The notes: generated by a model from the sequence alone, not told the origin. A stretch of 56,475 nt of DNA from a virus (IMGVR_UViG_3300029319_007564:1-56475), one strand, 5' to 3'. Counted from the first letter of the stretch, positions 46,853-55,471 are shown. Numbers and translations are program-made.

Positions 46853-46971
46853 TCCGATTCCTCCTTTATTTGTACAGATTTTGCCTCTGCCGGCTTATCA
46901 TCCGGTAAATCCTTGGTACTTATAAAAGCAGCTAGGCTTAAGCAAGCAAATCCAATTATAATTAGTTCCAT
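46849..46971 (-). CDS. 40-aa membrane/signal-anchored peptide
   Basis: MELIIIGFACLSLAAFISTKDLPDDKPAEAKSVQIKEESE*; stop overlaps the cglF-like start. Confidence 0.55.
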   Translation of the reverse strand: MELIIIGFACLSLAAFISTKDLPDDKPAEAKSVQIKEESE

Positions 46972-47214
46972 TTAGTTATCATAGTTCCTGTCAATATCGT
47001 CTCTTACCATTGTAGTAGCTTTTAACATATCTTCCGAATTAACCTCTTTAAGTATTAAACTACCTGTTTTTGGTTCGTAATACATACCGATTAAATCACC
47101 TTTTGATATACTTTTCATCTCTTCTTCGGTTAATGTAATTTTTCCGCCATTCTTTTTTACTAACATTGTAATGATGCTAAAAAGATATTCTGGGTCTTTT
47201 AGGTATTTGCTCAT
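46972..47214 (-). CDS. Hypothetical protein
   Basis: ATGA-coupled start 47214. Confidence 0.65.
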   Translation of the reverse strand: MSKYLKDPEYLFSIITMLVKKNGGKITLTEEEMKSISKGDLIGMYYEPKTGSLILKEVNSEDMLKATTMVRDDIDRNYDN

Positions 47215-49763
47215 GAGTTTAAAAATCCTTTCCACGTTTTTACGAGGTTTTCGTTTGTTTGCATAAATGATGGCTGGCGAGAATTAACAAACTGAGCTAA
47301 TACTCTATTAAATACCACCTTAAGGTTGTCTTCATCGTCCATTTCACCTTCTACAAGCTCTTGAAACAACTGAGCCATAATGTCAGGCTCGTCAGCATTA
47401 ATGGAAAATACAGCGGTATATCCAATCTCACCGCCTTTTTCAACTGTTACAGCATCCATAGATAAGTAGTATCGTGTATTTATTGCTTTTCTTGGCTCTT
47501 CTAAAAGTTGTTTTCTCAATTCAATTTTAAAGTCGCGAGAATCAACGATCTGCTTTAGTACCTCGATACCTAATCCTAAATCTTCCGGATCGTAGTAATG
47601 TGTATAACGTGCTGTAGACTCATACGACTCAGAGTATTGTCCATCAGTGTCGAGATCCCATTCATATGAGGTAAGTGCCCTGTCTTCGATGGACATGGCG
47701 AGTTCCATATATCTACCGCCTTCCATTTGCCCTTCGCGTTTGAAATAATCAGTGAGCACAGCTTCAAACTGATCTCTTCTGTCATCGATTATCACATCGA
47801 TGTTTTCAAGTGCTTCTCTGTATTCGTCTGGCATAGCCATATAACCGTTACCATAAATGTCAGGATGCTCAAAGTTAATTTTCATAGTTAAGTGTATTTC
47901 TTCACGAACACGACGTATAACAGGTGTATAGTTGTTGGAGTCTTCAAATATATCACCATATACCGCAATCACCTCATCGACTGAGTTCCAAACAACTTCT
48001 TCGTGGTTACCGGGCAGTCTTTTCCACTCATCAACCGGCCACTTAGCAATAAACGCTGCGAAAGGTCTAATATAAGCGCTATCGGCACCATCATCTTGAA
48101 CTTCATAATCAGAATATGTTTGAGCCATTCTGTTATTGAACTCATTCATTATTTCTTCGCACTGTGCATTATATTGTGCAATGATATCGCCAACCAAATT
48201 AGCGTCTAATGCGTCTTCTGTGTCGGTGTTTTGCTTCATTGAACCTTCGACATCTACACCGGGACCAACTAGTTGACGCACCAATTTGCGACGGCCCTCT
48301 TTACCAGAAGTATCTTCATATGATCCGCCAAACAACATAAATTTACTGAGATCAATCATTCCATCTTGTTTTGGCATATTTGCGATGACTTCTTCTTGGC
48401 TATTTCTTGCCCAATCAGTAACTCTATTAACTAAACCGGGAATATCCATACCATAAACACGCTTTTCAGGCATTCCAACGTCTTGTCCATCATCCCAGCG
48501 CTTCGGAGGCTCGTCACCTTCGTAATATCTAACATGACGGATGCGTGTGCGAGAAATTGGCTCAATATCGCCAGTAAATGGGCGTTTATCGTCAGCAAAT
48601 ATCTCACCTTCTTGTATTTCTTGCTCTGCGCTGTCTATATTACCCGTGTTAGTGGCGCTCAGAAGGTCTTCTGTCTCAACCACGTATGCTACCGCTCCGT
48701 GGCCCTGTGCCTCGGCTACAGCGCATTTATAGTACGATTGATAGGCATTTTGGCGACTAGCTGGAGAGTGACAAGAGGTAATCGTATCAAAATCACTCAT
48801 TCTGAGCACATCTATCGGATGTCGAGTAATGATAATGGAATATTTGTCATTATCGAGGTTATTTATCTCTTTTTTGATGAATCCGGCGTTCTTTTTCCAA
48901 TATTCACCGTATTCAGTGGCTAAATCGGTTAAATTGTAACCTGCTGGGCCTGCAACGCCCGGATTTACGACATATAAGTAAATTTGAGTGTTAATTCTCT
49001 GAAAATTCTCATATTCTTTCTCGTCAAGCGCTGCTTTGAGCATTTTTCCGGTAACTCGGTTTGGTGTCCTAACTGGTTCGCCATCTGCTAATTTATAGTT
49101 GATATTCGCCATATGTTTGTAGACTTTTTGGTATATTTCGTCTTTTCTTCGGCTTAAATCAGCTAATTTAGAGAAAAGTTTGCCGATTTTCATCTGAATC
49201 TTCTTTGTTTTCTTCTTTTCGGGCTGCCCACCCTGCATACCAATTAAAGTATCAAGTAAATCCTCGGCTGTACGTAGATCTCGCTCGGCATACACCATAC
49301 CTTTCTCCCAATCTACGTCATATTCTTGAGATCTGAAGAATTCTGAGAACTTTCCAAGATCTGAACTTGGATCAGTGGTCGGAAACGGTATAACAACGCG
49401 CATTTTGTTGCTAAAAAGGTCATTTAAGGGCAAATTTGCTGGATTTAGGTCATCCAACACGTCTTCAAGCACTCGCATCTCGTCTTCGGTGACTTCTCGG
49501 AGCACTTTTTCGTTAACAGGGACACAATTTGGCACCATCCGGCCACCTTTGTCCTTCATACCAACCTGTTTATAGCCATCCCAGCATTTTTCTACCAAAG
49601 GTTCGACTTCTTCGTTCTTTTTCTTGCTTTTTTTGACACAATTTGGGTATCTTTTCCCAAACATGGTCTTCATACCCTTTTTTTCATATCCAGGCCAACA
49701 CTTTTCTTGTAAAGTATCTAAAAGTGCCTCTGTTTTAGCTAAAATTTGCTCATCAGTGGCCAT
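47211..49763 (-). CDS. 850-aa protein with two N-terminal CW-x-GY...PNCV modules and a large acidic domain
   Basis: KCWPGYEKKGMKTMFGKRYPNCVK and KCWDGYKQVGMKDKGGRMVPNCVP; C-terminus TWKGFLNS. Confidence 0.75.
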   Translation of the reverse strand: MATDEQILAKTEALLDTLQEKCWPGYEKKGMKTMFGKRYPNCVKKSKKKNEEVEPLVEKCWDGYKQVGMKDKGGRMVPNCVPVNEKVLREVTEDEMRVLEDVLDDLNPANLPLNDLFSNKMRVVIPFPTTDPSSDLGKFSEFFRSQEYDVDWEKGMVYAERDLRTAEDLLDTLIGMQGGQPEKKKTKKIQMKIGKLFSKLADLSRRKDEIYQKVYKHMANINYKLADGEPVRTPNRVTGKMLKAALDEKEYENFQRINTQIYLYVVNPGVAGPAGYNLTDLATEYGEYWKKNAGFIKKEINNLDNDKYSIIITRHPIDVLRMSDFDTITSCHSPASRQNAYQSYYKCAVAEAQGHGAVAYVVETEDLLSATNTGNIDSAEQEIQEGEIFADDKRPFTGDIEPISRTRIRHVRYYEGDEPPKRWDDGQDVGMPEKRVYGMDIPGLVNRVTDWARNSQEEVIANMPKQDGMIDLSKFMLFGGSYEDTSGKEGRRKLVRQLVGPGVDVEGSMKQNTDTEDALDANLVGDIIAQYNAQCEEIMNEFNNRMAQTYSDYEVQDDGADSAYIRPFAAFIAKWPVDEWKRLPGNHEEVVWNSVDEVIAVYGDIFEDSNNYTPVIRRVREEIHLTMKINFEHPDIYGNGYMAMPDEYREALENIDVIIDDRRDQFEAVLTDYFKREGQMEGGRYMELAMSIEDRALTSYEWDLDTDGQYSESYESTARYTHYYDPEDLGLGIEVLKQIVDSRDFKIELRKQLLEEPRKAINTRYYLSMDAVTVEKGGEIGYTAVFSINADEPDIMAQLFQELVEGEMDDEDNLKVVFNRVLAQFVNSRQPSFMQTNENLVKTWKGFLNS

Positions 49764-49764
49764 T

Positions 49765-50892
49765 TCACTTTCCTTTGCGAGAATATTTACCTGAACATTT
49801 CCATTTTTGACGAGAAAGACATAATGGACTACTTCTGTCCTTACCAGAACAGTCTTTTCCGTGAGATTTCATATCTCCATACGATCTTGCGCAGTAAGAA
49901 TCACCTTTTGAGGTACCAGGAGAGATAGAATAACCTTTTGCGCCGTAAGAAACACATTTTCCTTTAACTCTGCGTGCATATTTCTTGCCTTTTGACGGTG
50001 TACATCCTTTTTTCTTCTTCTCATTAAGAGCATCTTCATCTTCAGTCAATCCATAGTATAAAGATTCTTCAAGATAAGCCTCAGTTTCTTCATAAGAGTA
50101 TAATTCAGCTAAATCTGCTACTATTTTGTTCTCTTCCTCGATTTGAACTGCTTCTTTTTTAGAGTTGCCCCAGTTTTTAGCTCCAACTTTACGGCATTTT
50201 ACAAGGGCACCGGAGGCGTATGCACTGGGCCAGACTTTATAACGTGATTTTACCTTGTGATAGCAGGCATCTTTTGAGCCTTTCTTTTCTGTCAGATATT
50301 CTTGAAGCTCTTTTTTAATGATAACTTTTAATTTTTCATTATTTTTGCCATAAGTTCGACATGGTTTTTGTCCGCAACCACAATTCATACCTTCGTTGAC
50401 TTCATTTTCTTCTTTTAAATCGTCATCTTCGGTGCTATCAAGAATTTTATCAATTCTTTCTGCCTGTCCTTTGTGCATTTTTGAAGCTCCGTGCAGTTCT
50501 TTAGATATTTTTTCAAGTTCTTTTTCGTCTTCTTTTGAGTGAGACTCTAAAAAAACTGCTTCAAGTTCTTCACGAACAATTTTTTCTAAATCCATTTGTA
50601 ATTCCTCATTTTTTTTAGATTTTCCTTTCTTTCCCCACGATTTTCCCTTGCCTCTTTCTTTGCAAGCGCCAGGTGTTGGCCTACAAGCGGGGTATTTTTT
50701 GCGACTTTCACCGGATCCGCGGCCGCAAGACTTGTAACCACCCTTTCCATCTGGCGCATTACAGTCAACCCAGCCTTTTTTTGAGCCTTTAGCTCCTTTT
50801 CTTCCGAACCAATCCCTTAGAGAAGACTCTTTGCTGGACTCAGTGCCGGCTTTTTTTCTTTTTTCATCAAGATTATCATATAAATCATTCAT
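49765..50892 (-). CDS. Modular protein of basic Cys-containing mini-domains separated by acidic linkers
   Basis: LRDWF..WVDC..KYPACRP; CGCGQKPC; DACYHKVKSRYKVWPSAYASGALVKCR; KGDSYCARS. Confidence 0.75.
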   Translation of the reverse strand: MNDLYDNLDEKRKKAGTESSKESSLRDWFGRKGAKGSKKGWVDCNAPDGKGGYKSCGRGSGESRKKYPACRPTPGACKERGKGKSWGKKGKSKKNEELQMDLEKIVREELEAVFLESHSKEDEKELEKISKELHGASKMHKGQAERIDKILDSTEDDDLKEENEVNEGMNCGCGQKPCRTYGKNNEKLKVIIKKELQEYLTEKKGSKDACYHKVKSRYKVWPSAYASGALVKCRKVGAKNWGNSKKEAVQIEEENKIVADLAELYSYEETEAYLEESLYYGLTEDEDALNEKKKKGCTPSKGKKYARRVKGKCVSYGAKGYSISPGTSKGDSYCARSYGDMKSHGKDCSGKDRSSPLCLSRQKWKCSGKYSRKGK

Positions 50893-51334
50893 TTTTAGAC
50901 ATTTCCAAAGCTTTCTCCAATAAATAGATCGGAATTTCAGTATCTTCTATGTCTTTTATATCATTAATTGTTAACCACTTGTATGCGTCATGCTCTATTT
51001 CACCTGTTTCTGGATTTGGGATGTCCACATTTACCTCTCCAGTCCAATTTTGAGTTAAAAAATAGTGCTTACCTTTCTTTGGCTCTCCAAGATATTTTAA
51101 ATCACCCAACTTACAAGATAGGCCGGCTTCCTCTTCAAGTTCTCTAACTGCGCCGGCTTCTATTGAATTATCTTTATCATCAATATGCCCACCTGGCATT
51201 GTCCAAGAACCAGCTCTATCATCAATATTAGAGCGTCTTAAAATTAAAAATTGCTGATTATCATTAAGACAAACAACAATTCCTACTGTTTTCTTCTCAC
51301 CTTCTGTGAGAAATTTATTCCATTTATATTTCAT
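50885..51334 (-). CDS. Nudix hydrolase with MKYKWNKFLTE leader
   Basis: WTMPGGHIDDKDNSIEAGAVRELEEEAGL Nudix box; ATGA-coupled start. Confidence 0.88.
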   Translation of the reverse strand: MKYKWNKFLTEGEKKTVGIVVCLNDNQQFLILRRSNIDDRAGSWTMPGGHIDDKDNSIEAGAVRELEEEAGLSCKLGDLKYLGEPKKGKHYFLTQNWTGEVNVDIPNPETGEIEHDAYKWLTINDIKDIEDTEIPIYLLEKALEMSKNE

Positions 51335-52065
51335 TTGCAAGCTTTGGGATCTTTTCCTTGATACCCCCTACAGAAACTTCTAAGCGCCCTATCTATATTG
51401 ACTTTTGTTATTGGCGCTACCCAAATCATGTTTTCTTGAACTTGTATCTCTGGATAGTACTCAACGTCTACGCCATATAATATACCTACTTGGCGTCCTT
51501 TTGTATCATAAATTACAGAACCTGAGCACCCAAACCACCCATATGTTTGAAGTATTATATGGTTTCCAATACCTGGACCATCAGCATAGCCGGCAACTCT
51601 GCCGCTAAATGACATAAGCTTGTGAGATGAAGGATATCCTGAATATATTATATTTGTCCCAACGCTGGCAATTTTACCTAGGGGTTCATATTTCATTGGC
51701 TCAATTGTTCTAAAGGGAGTTCTTAAATATAATATAGCTATATCGTTTGCTTTATCTGCATATATGAGAGTACCTATGTGAGACTCCTGCTTGTGTATAA
51801 CTAAATATTTCATTCCCAGTATGCCATCTGCAACATGTTGTGCTGTAAATACCAAATTGACATCTTTATATTTTATATAAGATCCTGATCCGTGCCCCCC
51901 AGAAAAAGCTTCCGTGACTCTTACGGCAGCAGAACGTACCTTCTTTTCAACTGAGCTGTTTATTGTTTCAAAACGATCTACAGGTAAAGAAGGAGTGTAA
52001 TCAGATACATTCGCTTGCGCCGTTCCTGTTAATAAAAATAAAATGATTGTAAATAACTTAAGCAC
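51331..52065 (-). CDS. Secreted trypsin-like serine protease
   Basis: TAQHV, DIAIL, FGCSGS triad; signal peptide from GTG 52065. Confidence 0.82.
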   Translation of the reverse strand: MLKLFTIILFLLTGTAQANVSDYTPSLPVDRFETINSSVEKKVRSAAVRVTEAFSGGHGSGSYIKYKDVNLVFTAQHVADGILGMKYLVIHKQESHIGTLIYADKANDIAILYLRTPFRTIEPMKYEPLGKIASVGTNIIYSGYPSSHKLMSFSGRVAGYADGPGIGNHIILQTYGWFGCSGSVIYDTKGRQVGILYGVDVEYYPEIQVQENMIWVAPITKVNIDRALRSFCRGYQGKDPKACK

Positions 52066-53110
52066 CGGTGTCGTCCTCTTCTTCGTAATACCTGTATCCA
52101 ATTTCTACTAATGTGCTGCCAGGTGGTATTGTACTGAAATAAACGGTATTATCAAATTCAGAATACGACCAAGTTGTAATTCCAGGCTCAATAAGCGCCC
52201 CATTCATAAAGACGCGAACAGATTCTGGAATTGCTTCGTGACTTAATTTCCAAGATTCATGAGGCTCAATAGATGCAGCTGCATCAGCAACTCCAGCAGT
52301 CCAATCGTCAGCGCATATGTCAATTACATTTCCGCTAAATGCATTAGTAGCATCCATATATCGTGTTCCCACATCTATTGGGCTAACCCAAGTATCACAT
52401 AATGACTCAGTTGGCTCTTGGTTTACAATGCTAGCAAGAAATACAGAGCCACCTCGTAAGGCGCCATACCAACTAATAAAGTCATATTCATCAGTAAAAT
52501 GATCATTACTCTGTTCTTGCTCATCAGAAACAAACACTACTAGTAGACCAGCATCGGGTCTCATCCAGGTGCCAGAGTAAGAATTGTTGACAATATATTC
52601 ATAAACCGCATCAAAACCTTCTTCAAAGCCACCTCGACCCATAGCACTATACATTGCTTCAGCATCTAAAACATCATCTCCTGGCACTAATGGAAATTGG
52701 TTTTCCATAACTGCGCGAGATGGATCGTTTGAAATCATAGCCAATCGCCAGCTAGTAGGCGGCAAAGCTCCGAGCATTGCGCTTATGCCGGCCATCAACT
52801 GTGGATCATACCGATGCATTGAGCCGGAGGTATCAATAACCCACAGGATATCAATTCCGTCGACAGTATTTGGTTGAGTAAAAGAATCTACCCAAACCAA
52901 TCCAGGATCGTCAAATCCAGTGTCTATATAAACCGGTACTTCTACCTCTATATAAACAGGTACCTCGACCTCCTCAACAACAGTTTCGGTTTCAACTACA
53001 GTTTTTGTTTCTACAATTGTTTTTGTTTCGCCCGTTATAATACTATAATCAGGGCTGCATCCAAATACAGTTAAAATGCCAAGTAAAATATATAGAAATT
53101 TGTGTACCAT
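52058..53110 (-). CDS. vWA-domain lipoprotein (CglB-like architecture)
   Basis: Lipobox VFGC, V/E/T-rich stalk, MIDAS DILWVIDTSGSM, VVFVSDE. Confidence 0.8.
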   Translation of the reverse strand: MVHKFLYILLGILTVFGCSPDYSIITGETKTIVETKTVVETETVVEEVEVPVYIEVEVPVYIDTGFDDPGLVWVDSFTQPNTVDGIDILWVIDTSGSMHRYDPQLMAGISAMLGALPPTSWRLAMISNDPSRAVMENQFPLVPGDDVLDAEAMYSAMGRGGFEEGFDAVYEYIVNNSYSGTWMRPDAGLLVVFVSDEQEQSNDHFTDEYDFISWYGALRGGSVFLASIVNQEPTESLCDTWVSPIDVGTRYMDATNAFSGNVIDICADDWTAGVADAAASIEPHESWKLSHEAIPESVRVFMNGALIEPGITTWSYSEFDNTVYFSTIPPGSTLVEIGYRYYEEEDDTGA

Positions 53111-53123
53111 CCATTAATAACTA

Positions 53124-53321
53124 TCACGATTTTTGATTTGGTTCCCTTAATAAAACAAAACTTAGCAACATCATATTGATAATTGACAAGCAAGAAAGCT
53201 CAAAAGCAGCCTCTCCGGACATTGCAACACTAGCAAAAACAAAGAGAAATATGTTAACAAAAAAAGCCACCACACTTGCGATGAAGAGTGCGCGGTTAAA
53301 TTTTGAAAACAATCCTCTCAC
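53124..53321 (-). CDS. Two-TM small protein
   Basis: Two hydrophobic helices; start 4 nt after TAGTTA. Confidence 0.6.
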   Translation of the reverse strand: MRGLFSKFNRALFIASVVAFFVNIFLFVFASVAMSGEAAFELSCLSIINMMLLSFVLLREPNQKS

Positions 53322-53343
53322 ATAGTAACTATCAAATACGCTT

Positions 53344-53547
53344 TCAAGAAGATATTATTTCTAAACTCAGAGGGTAGTGCAATTGAATTTCAGAATAATC
53401 AAAAACATAAACCGGCAACATAGGAAACATCGACAATTGTTCTATTTCTTGCTCTCCGACAATAAAGCCATACTTGAATTCAGTATCACCTCTATAGTTC
53501 GTAATACGCACCTTGACAAGATCACCAACTTTATGATCAAATTCCAT
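53344..53547 (-). CDS. G-D-L-V family small beta-barrel protein (start uncertain)
   Basis: HKVGDLVKV...YGFIV...SLEIIS. Confidence 0.6.
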   Translation of the reverse strand: MEFDHKVGDLVKVRITNYRGDTEFKYGFIVGEQEIEQLSMFPMLPVYVFDYSEIQLHYPLSLEIISS

Positions 53548-53629
53548 ACGTGGTCCAATATTGCAGACCTCTCCGTCTAAATCGCGAAATTTTTTACTCA
53601 AATTTTTTCCCAAAATTTTTCATTTTAAA

Positions 53630-53887
53630 TTAACTTGCGTAGTGCCCAAATACACCCGCAATAACAAGGTTTATTAATCCAGACTCAGTATATGGTGATC
53701 GTCTATTTCTAGCATCAGTCGCAGGACCAGACCACAAAATATCCCAAGCCCAAATTTTCACCTCATCATCTTCGTATATATCATGTAACACGTCATAGCG
53801 AAAAAGCAACAATCCTACATCACCGGTAGTTTTGTCAATAACAATATCGCCTGCCTTCAATTGCAGCTTGTAAGCGTGCTCGGACAT
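53630..53887 (-). CDS. G-D-L-V family small beta-barrel protein
   Basis: LKAGDIVID...VGLLL...WDILW. Confidence 0.65.
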   Translation of the reverse strand: MSEHAYKLQLKAGDIVIDKTTGDVGLLLFRYDVLHDIYEDDEVKIWAWDILWSGPATDARNRRSPYTESGLINLVIAGVFGHYAS

Positions 53888-53920
53888 ATGCCATAATTAG
53901 CACATTTAAAAGCTTTCTAA

Positions 53921-54187
53921 TTATACTTTAATTCTATCGATAATATAAGGGTGTTGTAAAGAAAGGTCCTTATAAAGTTTTTTCATCACCTTTTTTGTAA
54001 CGTCGGCGACGGTTTCTTTAGTTTCCTTTGAACTCAAGGCTTTTTCTAGTTCTTCTTCTAAAGCTTTCTTTAGTTCTCTCTTGAGTGATTTTTCAAGTTC
54101 TTTCGCAATTAAAGTTTTAATTTCGCTTTTGTCAGCGGCAGAAAGTTCTTCTAATAAAATTGTTTCGATATCGCTTTTAGACAGCAT
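53921..54187 (-). CDS. Charged coiled-coil protein
   Basis: IETILLEEL, KELEKSLKRELKKALEEELEKAL. Confidence 0.7.
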   Translation of the reverse strand: MLSKSDIETILLEELSAADKSEIKTLIAKELEKSLKRELKKALEEELEKALSSKETKETVADVTKKVMKKLYKDLSLQHPYIIDRIKV

Positions 54188-54223
54188 GCTTTCAACTCCC
54201 TCTATAAATAGTACGAAAAATCT

Positions 54224-54457
54224 TTAAGATGCACGATGCACCAGCTTTAAATTACTTACTACCGCTGGTTCGACTTTATTTCGCTTAAACCAGTAAATTT
54301 CGTACATAATATCTGATAAATATCCTGGTACGGTACCGAGGACAATCCCCAGTGTTTCTTCCCGTCTGGTAACATACACATAATCTGGTGAGTACTTATA
54401 CCCTATGAATGTCACTAAATCGCCAATTTGGTACGTATAGTCAGCAGAACCGGTCAC
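54224..54457 (-). CDS. G-D-L-V family small beta-barrel protein
   Basis: YQIGDLVTF...LGIVL...YEIYW...NLKLV. Confidence 0.65.
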   Translation of the reverse strand: MTGSADYTYQIGDLVTFIGYKYSPDYVYVTRREETLGIVLGTVPGYLSDIMYEIYWFKRNKVEPAVVSNLKLVHRAS

Positions 54458-54513
54458 ATATTATATATGCACAATATCCAGAAATTTCCCCGGCGCCGTT
54501 TTCGCGCACGGGT

Positions 54514-54774
54514 TTAATCTTTCACCAATTGACCGTATGGTCTTAGGCGCTTTATACTGTGCATCCATACACGCTCCATATTTGGATACGTACGCTTAAT
54601 CCACCATATCTTTGCCATATTCATTTTAGGATCGCTATGGTCGACTGGCTTGTCGTATAGCTCCATTACAATTGCTATACCACCGTGGCAGCTGCATGTC
54701 ACTAAGTCGCCAACTTTCAAATTATGCTTAGGCGGTATCTCGAAAAAGTCTTTCACGTTTTCTAGGAATTCCAC
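54514..54774 (-). CDS. G-D-L-V family small beta-barrel protein
   Basis: LKVGDLVTC...IAIVM...AKIWW. Confidence 0.65.
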   Translation of the reverse strand: MEFLENVKDFFEIPPKHNLKVGDLVTCSCHGGIAIVMELYDKPVDHSDPKMNMAKIWWIKRTYPNMERVWMHSIKRLRPYGQLVKD

Positions 54775-54777
54775 CTA

Positions 54778-54912
54778 TTAACTAGCTGATGACTTTTTCT
54801 TTTTTACCTCTTCGGTTAAAGTACGCTCACATTCCGGACAGACTGCCGGCAATTTTATTACCATACCTGTCCCGCAATGCCAACACGTGTATTTGTATTT
54901 GCTCTCGCTCAT
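54778..54912 (-). CDS. 44-aa zinc-ribbon protein
   Basis: MSESKYKYTCWHCG...CPECE; start 4 nt after TAGTTA. Confidence 0.65.
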   Translation of the reverse strand: MSESKYKYTCWHCGTGMVIKLPAVCPECERTLTEEVKKKKSSAS

Positions 54913-54975
54913 ATAATAACTAGCTCTTAATATCTCAAAAATTCTCAGCGGTATTGAAAACGACCTTAGCCGGCT

Positions 54976-55062
54976 TGTCAGGGATATGTCAAGTGCAGGG
55001 ACATACATCCCGGGTAGGGGGGTAGGGGGTACCACCACCCGGCACCTGTCAAGAAACTGTCA
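54976..55062. repeat. Two pairs of TGTCA direct repeats (11-bp period) flanking G-rich hairpins
   Basis: TGTCA at 54976, 54987, 55047 and 55058; GGGTAGGGGGTAGGGGG tract between the pairs. Confidence 0.75.
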
Positions 55063-55064
55063 AA

Positions 55065-55208
55065 TCATTTAGCATAACTGTTTACATTCTTATTACGTAT
55101 ACTGTCTACTATCACATAACTGTACACGTATAATACTATCGGTGCATAACACATGACGATAGTGCAGGTTTCCCCTGCTCTTTTTAATAATGTTCTTAGT
55201 CTCGGCAT
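55065..55208 (-). CDS. 47-aa membrane peptide
   Basis: GAGG RBS; MPRLRTLLKRAGETCTIVMCYAPIVLYVYSYVIVDS... Confidence 0.45.
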   Translation of the reverse strand: MPRLRTLLKRAGETCTIVMCYAPIVLYVYSYVIVDSIRNKNVNSYAK

Positions 55209-55331
55209 TGTTTCCCTCGCTACCTAAACAGTTATTGTATTAATAAACTGTATTCGTTTACGTATTCTCGCGCACAAATCCATTCGCTTTAAGGCGAACA
55301 CTAACTAAGTGCTTGGAATCGTTGACGTTTC

Positions 55332-55418
55332 TCAATAAGCCATAAGCAGGTACAGCATAGCCGTCCACATAATCGCGCCCAATGCATCGTAAACTTTCAT
55401 CTCGGTCGTGTAGTTCAT
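55332..55418 (-). CDS. 28-aa hydrophobic peptide
   Basis: MNYTTEMKVYDALGAIMWTAMLYLLMAY*; AAGGAG RBS and its own promoter. Confidence 0.6.
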   Translation of the reverse strand: MNYTTEMKVYDALGAIMWTAMLYLLMAY

Positions 55419-55442
55419 AGCTATCTCTCCTTGCTATACTAT

Positions 55443-55471
55443 AATATAATCACCCTCGCGCATGCCGTCAA
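55443..55471 (-). promoter_or_regulatory. sigma70-type promoter
   Basis: TTGACG-N17-TATATT. Confidence 0.65.

Noticed and set aside
46959-46964. TAATTA as a late promoter
   Set aside because: Falls inside the coupled 40-aa ORF rather than upstream of a start.
6247-50768. Short alternative-frame minus-strand ORFs (6247, 10730, 11249, 21847, 39385, 47576, 50586)
   Set aside because: Nested out of frame inside well-supported genes, with no RBS or motif support.
55012-55030. Canonical three-tier intramolecular G-quadruplex
   Set aside because: Only three runs of three or more G; hairpin pairing explains the tract at least as well.
54778-55038. 86-aa ORF as annotated in the track
   Set aside because: Its N-terminal half crosses the repeat/hairpin element; the likely gene is the 44-aa zinc ribbon from 54912.
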